A DNA stretch of 64,000 bases from the human T2T-CHM13v2.0 reference genome, Homo sapiens. The DNA is taken from assembly GCF_009914755.1 (NCBI RefSeq), contig NC_060933.1; one strand, 5' to 3'. The number at the start of each line of letters is the position of its first letter. The first letter of the stretch is position 1. The notes beneath the pieces are model-generated. The model was given only the letters and a program-made list of their open reading frames with translations. It was not told the origin of the DNA and searched no databases. Of this stretch, positions 52,124 to 64,000 are shown piece after piece. The translations under genes were made by a program, and so were the position numbers.

Positions 52124-52129
52124 AATAAA
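52124..52129 (+). terminator. SLC2A8: SLC2A8 proximal poly(A) signal AATAAA (a second one at 52339-52344)
   Basis: Canonical hexamer about 400 nt after the stop, with GT/T-rich sequence downstream. Confidence 0.8.
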
Positions 52130-53464
52130 GACTGACACAGAAAATCAGGTCAGTGTCTCTGGGCTTTGTGCAAGCTCAGTTTGAAAAGGGTTTATTCCCA
52201 TCACTGCCCAGGACACCCTGTGGCTTTACTTGCTCATGGTCAGCCAAGCTTACCCTTCACACTGAGAAGTCATTTCTGGCTACTTCCTTGGGCTCAGTTC
52301 CCTGGGTCATCAGCCATCAAATCTTGTTGAGTTTAAAAAATAAACAGCAAAAAAAAAAAAAACAAAACAAAAAAAAACACCTTTTGTTCTGTTGACTTTA
52401 ATGGAGCCAGAAGTCTTTTATAATTTTATTATTAATTAGCTAATATGTGTTCATTGTAGGGAAATTAAAAAAGATTTAATATCATTTTTATAGCTGTTAA
52501 CCAGCTGCTATGCACTGTCCTAAGCACTTTACAAATATTAACTCATTTATTTGGATAAACAATGATAAAACTATTTACAGCCACCCCTTTCCAGAGATAA
52601 CATCTCTGTTGGGATTTTGTTCTGCCAGGCACGGTGGCTCACACCTTTAATCCCAGTGCTTTGGGAGGCTGAGGCAGGAGGATCTCTTGAGCCCAGAAAT
52701 TCGAGGCTGCACCACTGTACTCCAGCCTGGGAGACAGAACAAGACCCCAACCCCACCCCCGCAAAAAAAAAAAAAAAAAAAAAAAAAGATTTCAGTTCTA
52801 TCTTGAAAGATCTCACTTCCAACACACATGCTGTCTAGCAACACTAAGTAGAGGGGACCATTCTTCCCAACTCACGGCTGCTTTGTCCACTTCCCAGACC
52901 TGCAGCCCCAGCACCTGCCCACCTTGGCATCTCCCATTAAGTCACATAATGAGGGCAGAGAGCAGGGGCCTGTTTTTGCGGACACTTGAAGTACAGCATG
53001 GACCAGGCAGAGCAAGGCGCCGGATCAGATCAGTTCCAGAAGATATGCAGCAGCTGCTCTGATTTCAGTGAAATGTGTGAAACCATGCACAGGACTTTGG
53101 ACAACTCTCAGCTGTAGCAAATCCAGTTTCCCCTTGGGCCTTCCAGAAGCAGGGTCCTGTCTCCACGCAGGAGCATCTCCCGTGGCAATGGCTGCACCTC
53201 GGCATCTGCATTACCAGTGCTTGCGTGGCAGTCCACTAATCAGGTGAGAACCATATTGCTTTTTGCATCTCAATGAAGCAATAGTAGCAATTTATCAAGC
53301 ACTTTTTTTTCCAGACTGGTATAAAATTGTATGTGCTTTTGTAAACCATTTAACAATAAAAGTAAAATACAAAAGGGAACAGGGCACGGTGGCTCACGCC
53401 TGTAATCCCAACACTTTGGGAGGCCAAGGCGTGTGGAGTCAGGAGTTCAAGACCAGCCTGACTA

Positions 53465-53746
<282 letters not shown>

Positions 53747-53829
53747 TTATGGATGTGGGGCTCTGGCTGCCCTCTTGCCACCGACTGGAGCTTCAGACTG
53801 AAGCTTAACATGGGCCAAAGCAAGCATGT

Positions 53830-54588
53830 AGGAGAGATAGGGAGGTTGGGGGAGATGATGGGGAGGTGGGGGAGATGGGGAGGTGGGGGAGACGATGGGG
53901 AGGTGGGGGGAGATGATGGGGAGGTGGGGGAGATGATGGGGAGATGATGAGGTGGGGGAGATGATGGGGAGGTAGGGAGAGATGACGGGGAGATGATGAG
54001 GTGGGGGAGATGATGGGGAGGTAGGGGGAGATGATGGGGAGGTGGGGGAGACGATGGGGAGGTGGGGGGGAGACGATGGGGAGGCGGGGGGAGATGATAG
54101 GGAGGTGGGGAAAAAGATGGGGAGGTCGGGGGAGATGATGGGGAGATGGAGATGATGAGGAGGTGGGGGAGACGATGGGGAGGTAGGGGGAGATGATGGG
54201 GAGGTGGGGGAGACGATAGGGAGGTGGGGGAGACGATGGGGAGATGATGGGGAGGTGGAGAAGATGATGGGGAGGTGGGGGGAGATGATGGAGAGGTGGG
54301 GGAGATGATGGGGAGGTGGGGGGAGATGATGGAGAGGTGGGGTAGACGATGGGGAGGTGGGGGGAGATGATGAGGTGGGGGAGGTCATGTGGGGGGGAGC
54401 TGATGGGGTGGGGGAGGTGATGGGGAGGTGGGAGAGGTGATGGGGAAGTGGGGGAGGTGATGGGGAGGTGGGAGGTGATGGGGAGGTAGGGGAGATGATG
54501 GGGAGGTGGGAGATTATAGTGAGGTGGGGGTAGGTGATGGGGAGATGATGGGGAGGTGGGGGGAGGTGAGGGGAGATGATGGGGAGGT
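53830..54588. repeat. G-rich VNTR, degenerate ~20-bp unit GGGGGAGATGATGGGGAGGT
   Basis: Tandem array of about 750 bp visible directly, with very few C on the + strand. Confidence 0.95.
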
Positions 54589-55038
54589 GCACATCAAAAT
54601 GTGAACAGTGCTGCCCTGCCACTTGACTTTTTGAAAGCTGCCTTGAAAATAAGCTTTCTGGGTCCAAATGATCCTTTGCTCAAGCAAAGCCACTGATACA
54701 TGGCTTTAGGTTAGTAATATATAAAACCCAGAGCTTATGAGTTCGGGGAGGAAGTATTCACAACATTATGGTTATATAAACATCGTTACTGTAAACCTAA
54801 TGAAATGGACTTAAAGACATAATCCTATGTCAGTCAGCCTGTGTTACTCAAAAAGGAATATTCTAAGCAGCAATATAAAATGGATTTTCTCTTATACTAC
54901 ATCAGTTAATTAAAATAATGCCAGATTTGAGTTTGTACCTTATTTAGGACATGATAATATTAGATTTCTTTTTTTCCTGGAGTTTTGTTGTTGTTGTTTT
55001 TCCTTCTTAAGAAACGTGTCATTTTCTTCACCATATGA

Positions 55039-56165
<1,127 letters not shown>

Positions 56166-56399
56166 CCATGAGATTTTGAATCTCGATACTTTCTTCTGGG
56201 AACTTGTTCTTCTTTTACTTCTTCATTCTCACATCCCAGCCCCTGATTTTCTCTGTTTCCTCTTTCTGAAACTTCTAGTAGACACTGTACTTCCTGGCAC
56301 AGTATCCTCCCTCAATTTTTCACTTATATACTCTTTTAGTGTCTTCGTATTCTAGGAATTTTTTTTTTACTTAATCCTCTAGCTCTTCTACAAAATGTT

Positions 56400-57650
<1,251 letters not shown>

Positions 57651-57833
57651 GGCAGTAATTTCTAATATTGTCTTATTCCCTGTGCCTTTTTATTTTATTT
57701 ATTATTATTTTTTTAATTTTCCTGGTTTCCTTGGTGTCTTCTAAACCTGTGCCTTTTTCGTAGCATCCTGTGCTCTTCTTTTTAATGGCTTGCCTGTTTG
57801 AATTTCTCTAAGGATACATATTTTCACTTTTTA

Positions 57834-58176
<343 letters not shown>

Positions 58177-58249
58177 TTACTTAAGTAAAATTCAATAATT
58201 GTAAGTATAAAATTTAATGACTTATGACAAATGTATACAGTCATGTAAC

Positions 58250-58606
58250 TGTCAGGCCTCTGAGCCCAAGCCTGCACGTATACATCCAGATAGCCTGAAG
58301 AATCACAAAAGAAGTGAAAAATGGCCAGTTTCTGCCTTAACTGATGACATTACCTTGTGAAATTCCTTCTCCTGGCTCAGAAGTTCCTTCACTGAGCACC
58401 TTGTGACCCCTACCCCTGCCCGTAAGAGAACGACCCCCTTTGACTATAATTTTCCACTGCCCACCCAAATCCCATAAAAGTGCCCCACCCCATCTCCCTT
58501 TGCTGACTCCTTTTATGGACTCAGCCTGCCTGCACCCAGGTGATTAAAAAGCTTTATTGCTCACACAAAGCCTGTTGGTGGTCTCTTCACACGGACACGC
58601 ATGACA
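58250..58606 (+). mobile_element. LTR7-family (HERV-H) 5' LTR, probably LTR7B/C-like
   Basis: Starts TGTCAGGCCTCTGAGCCCAAG, ends ...CATGACA; ATTAAA at 58543; followed by a PBS. Confidence 0.92.
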
Positions 58607-60007
<1,401 letters not shown>

Positions 60008-60499
60008 GGGGGAAGGTAGCCAAGGATGGAGTGAAATGCAGGGTAAATGTCTTAAAGGAAATGAGAGGTTCTATGAGGCTGGCTAGTGGCTTGTAACCTA
60101 CATGGAAGAGGTTACGAAAAGATGACAGAATGGAATGAGCCTGTGAGGGTGAAAGGAGGTATTTCCTTGGTCTAAGAACCATTTGCCTTCAGTGGGGAGG
60201 GATTGATAGGTGGAAACTTCAGTGCGAGAGTAAGTAGGCGTGACTGATGAGGAGAAAAACTGGCCATGAGGGACAGAAGTAGGAATAGTGGCTGCTGCTT
60301 TTTCTGTCTTATCAGCATAATTGTTGCCTTGAGCAATGGAGTGTGGGGCCTTTTGATGGCCTTTGCAGTGAATGACTCCAGCTTCCTTTGGAAGTAAAGC
60401 AGCCTTGAGAAGAGTTTTTATTAAAGAAGCATTAATGATGGAGGACCCTAGTGTAGTGAGGAAACCTCTTTCAGCCTACGTAACAGCATGGTAGTGCAG
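60008..60499 (-). mobile_element. Inverted HERV-H pol fragment (RNase H C-terminus and integrase N-terminus)
   Basis: Minus strand reads AERGFLTTLGSSIINASLIK / KAALLPKEAGVIHCKGHQK / NLFHVGYKPLA, with frameshifts and stops. Confidence 0.85.
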
Positions 60500-61284
60500 C
60501 TATTTCCAACTTGGGGCTATATGAATAAAGCCACTATAAACAGTTACATACAAGTCTTTCTGTGGAGTGGACTCGCTGGGTCATGTCTTATGTTTAAGAA
60601 GCTGCCAAACTGTTTTCCAAAGTGGCTGCACCATTTTGCATTCCCACCAGCAGTGTAGGGGAGTTCCAGCTGCTCACATCCTCCACCACACCAAACCTGG
60701 CATTCACTGTGAGGAATATAGCTACTTACACGCTTTTTCAAAGTTGTCTTCTGTTCTCTGACTTCCTCTGGGATCAGTTGATCTGCTTGTTTATGTTGGG
60801 CCATCTCTTTTATGCTGCTGGTTTATCTCAAATATCTGGTGAGCTTTGGTTGTCCATATTTAGGAATAAAGAACTAGGCAGCTTAACTGCAGTAGCTGGT
60901 ATAAGCCTTCCCCCTCCCCCACCTCTCTACCTATTCTATGCTCTGTTATGGATGTGTTCATTTCTGTACATCTCCAATGTCATTTCAGTGGGATTTGGCA
61001 AAGGAGAAAAGGAGGTAAATGTGTAAGTTTAATTCACCATCCTGAACTAAACTTTTTGCATCATTTTAATAATTACTTAGTATTGTTTGCCTTTGGAGTC
61101 GTGGTGCCTGGCAAAGACAGGTACTCAAATATGTTGAATGTAGGGTTATTTCATCATATAAATATATCAGAACTGAAGTCAACCCCATATTAAATACATC
61201 AGAACTTAACTCCAATTGCTCCACATTTACGTTGTTTCCAGTTTTCTGCTTATTGCTAATTTTGCTATTATATAGATATAAATT

Positions 61285-61455
61285 TAGAGGGAGATGAGAG
61301 AGACAATAGCAGCATCAAAGAGGAGAGAGGGGAGAGCAATGGCACAGAAGAGAGATGATGGAGATGAGTGATGGAGATGGAGACAGAGGTGATGGTGATG
61401 GTGGGGAAAAGGGAGATGATGGAGTTGGAGATAGAGATGGTAGAACTAGAGATAG
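61285..61455. repeat. Purine-rich low-complexity tract (GAGATG-like)
   Basis: Visible directly. Confidence 0.65.
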
Positions 61456-61580
61456 ACCTGTGCCAGCCGGGCGTGGTGGCTCATGCCTGTAATCCCAGCA
61501 CTTTGGGAGGCCGAGGCAGGCAGATCACGAAGTCAAGAGATTGAGACCATCCTGGCCAACATGGTGAAACCCCGTCTCTA

Positions 61581-61781
<201 letters not shown>

Positions 61782-64000
61782 CTAACTGAACAGAAACTTC
61801 CATAGGAGGGAACATTAGAGCATTAGAGGTGTCATTGCTGGCCAAGGGGTGTACATTGTCAAAGCTATTACACCCCAGAAGGTTACACATGGGCTGTGTC
61901 TGAAAGGGACCTATTCCCTCATCTCCAAATCAGTTATCAGGGAGTCCACACCATGGACCAAGGAAGAGGACCCGAGACAGGTTCATGCACACATTAGGTG
62001 TCTAATGACTGGGACAGCTGTTTTGCTTGATACCTCAGGCCACACAGGGCTTGAGCAAGCAGCCTAACCTCCCTAAACTACAGCCTCTGCTCGGGACACC
62101 CACTCTCATCCACCTCGCAGAAGACTGGTCTTTGTCCTGGATGAGTTCTCCAACTGGGGCTTCAGGCCAGAGGCTGCTCCCAGCTCTGGCTTGGCTGTTC
62201 TCCAGCCTCTGCAAAGCAGGGCTTGTAAAAAAAAGAGGGAAGGCAGGATGATGTGTCAGCCCCCAGGCTACAAGATAGATGGTAAACATGTGGGCAAGGA
62301 ACATGTCACTGTGGCTTCAAACTCTTCCTCAGCCTCTCTCCTTTGCTCTCTGCTGGAGTCTGCATGGAGGGTAAGAGTGTGCTTAGTTCCAACTCTGGTT
62401 GTTCCACTCCCTGCCTATGTGATGTGGACAAGTCACCTGACCCCTCTCGGCCTGTTTCTTCATCTGTCAGATGGGCGTCATGGCACTACCTCCCTCATGG
62501 AGTTGTGAGGATGAAAGGCAAGAATTATGTAAAGCACCTGAACCTGGGGACGGGACAGAGTGAGTGCTCCGGCAATGGTCGCTGTTGTTACTGGTGCGAG
62601 TGAGGGTGGGGCAGGGGGCGTGGTGAAGGTGGGGAGCTGTGCTAGGCGGGTGGGAGGCCCTGGGGGGGGTTCATAAAGGGACATTTGAGATCTTCAATCA
62701 TTTTTCTCCTTATATTCTATTTCCTACCTCGCCCTCTTGGCAACCCCCACCCACACCACCTGCTGTTGCTACCAGTACCCACTTACCCGTGCCAATAATG
62801 TGATTCATACTCTTCAGAGGTCCCTTTGTTTCCCTTTAAGTCTTCCCATCAGAGCACAGAATGCTTCGCGGACCCAGAGCCAGCCCCCATTGACCATCCT
62901 GTAGGGGCCCCAGAAGCCCAGCCTGGCGCCATCAGTAAAGGATTATGGAGAGGAGCACTGGATAGAACAGCCCCCAGGGGACAGGTGCAGCATAAGCTTG
63001 CTTTACCCAGCCCAGGGCCGAAATCTGCACGGCCCACGGACGCCCACTACCCCCTTACACCATCCCGGCTCCTGCCCCAGAGTAACTTGGCTTCTGCAAA
63101 CCAGAGAGACTTGTCCCTGATGCCCCCCGGGGACCAGGGGTGGAAGTGCATCAGCTGGAGCAAGACACACTAGGCTACCTCACGGTGGGCGTGTGCGGGA
63201 TCCCAGGGCTAAGCCAGCAACCCTGTAGTGGCCATTGGGGTTGGCACCTACTGAGCCTGGGGCTGCACGCAGAATCGCACCAGCTGAGGTGTGACGCTCT
63301 CTGCCGCTGCCTTGTGGCCTGGGCAGGATGACACTGCCTCTGGTCCCCAACAGAGTGAAAGTGATTGATTATGACTCCAAAGCTCATTCAGCCTGCTGGA
63401 CAAGGCAGGATCAGCCGAAGGGGTTGAAACCTGCTTCTGCTTGGTTTCTTTTGTTTGTTTGATTGTTTTTGAGACAGAGTATCACTCTGTCGCCCAGGCT
63501 GGAGTGTAGTGGCGTGATCTCGGCTCACTGCAATGTCCGCTTCCATGGTTCAAGCGATTCTCCTACCTCAGCCAACTGAGTAGCTGGGATTACAGGCGTG
63601 CACCACAACGCCCAGCTAATTTTTTGTATTTTTAGTAGAGACGGGTTTCACCATGTTGGCCAGGCTCGTCTCAAACTCCTGACCTCAGGTGATCCGCCTG
63701 TCTCGGCCTCCCAAAGTGCTGGGATTCCAGACATGAGCCACCGCGCCTGCTTGGTTTCTGGCTCCTTCTGCTCCTCTTTCCTCTGTCCCTTCCAGACCAC
63801 ACTCCCAGAGGGAGCACAGATCACGGCCCTCAGACTCCATCTCCCAACACGCTGCTGTGACAAGCACTAATGGCCTCCAGAAGGGGAACCCAACTCGCCC
63901 TCAAGGACACTGGGGGTGGTGGCATGGGAGCTGCAACCTCACATGGGACCCTGTGTTAGGGGGGACACCCGGTAGGGTCTGGCCTGGCTTCCTCTGCTGT

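Noticed and set aside
52339-52377. AATAAA followed by a genomic A-tract, as a retrocopy or distal mRNA end
   Set aside because: The signal is only 4 nt from the A-run and there is no TSD; it is a likely oligo-dT internal-priming site, so it cannot be called from sequence
53747-54667. 306-aa Pro/His/Ser-rich minus-strand ORF
   Set aside because: It is a translation of the C-rich strand of the VNTR, starts at a non-ATG codon, and has no gene structure

Overview
Human-type genomic DNA, rich in Alu, L1, L2 and LTR elements. From the encoded proteins I recognise it as the GARNL3-SLC2A8 locus (chr9q33.3, by recall). The + strand carries the last 8 coding exons of GARNL3 (CNH domain and Ser/Pro-rich tail, stop 37731-37733, poly(A) signals near 37950 and 37994). 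About 3.7 kb later is a CpG-island promoter with an array of CCAAT and GC boxes, then the complete 10-exon SLC2A8/GLUT8 gene (spliced CDS 1434 nt = 477 aa + stop). Downstream are a ~750-bp G-rich VNTR, a MER41A LTR, a nested Alu-in-MLT2-in-L1 stack and a rearranged LTR7/HERV-H provirus. Most ORFs in the supplied track are Alu, GC-rich or repeat artefacts. Main leads: (1) a frame-compatible GARNL3::SLC2A8 read-through splice that would replace GLUT8's lysosomal dileucine exon with GARNL3; (2) a candidate in-frame alternative last exon of GARNL3 followed by 7 AATAAA; (3) an in-frame, stop-free SLC2A8 intron 2 built from a minisatellite; (4) an orphan poly(A)-tailed retrocopy with a TSD in an insertion hotspot; (5) an HERV-H with an inverted pol fragment. 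These are sequence-level predictions, and repeat subfamily calls come from recalled consensus sequences, not from a search.
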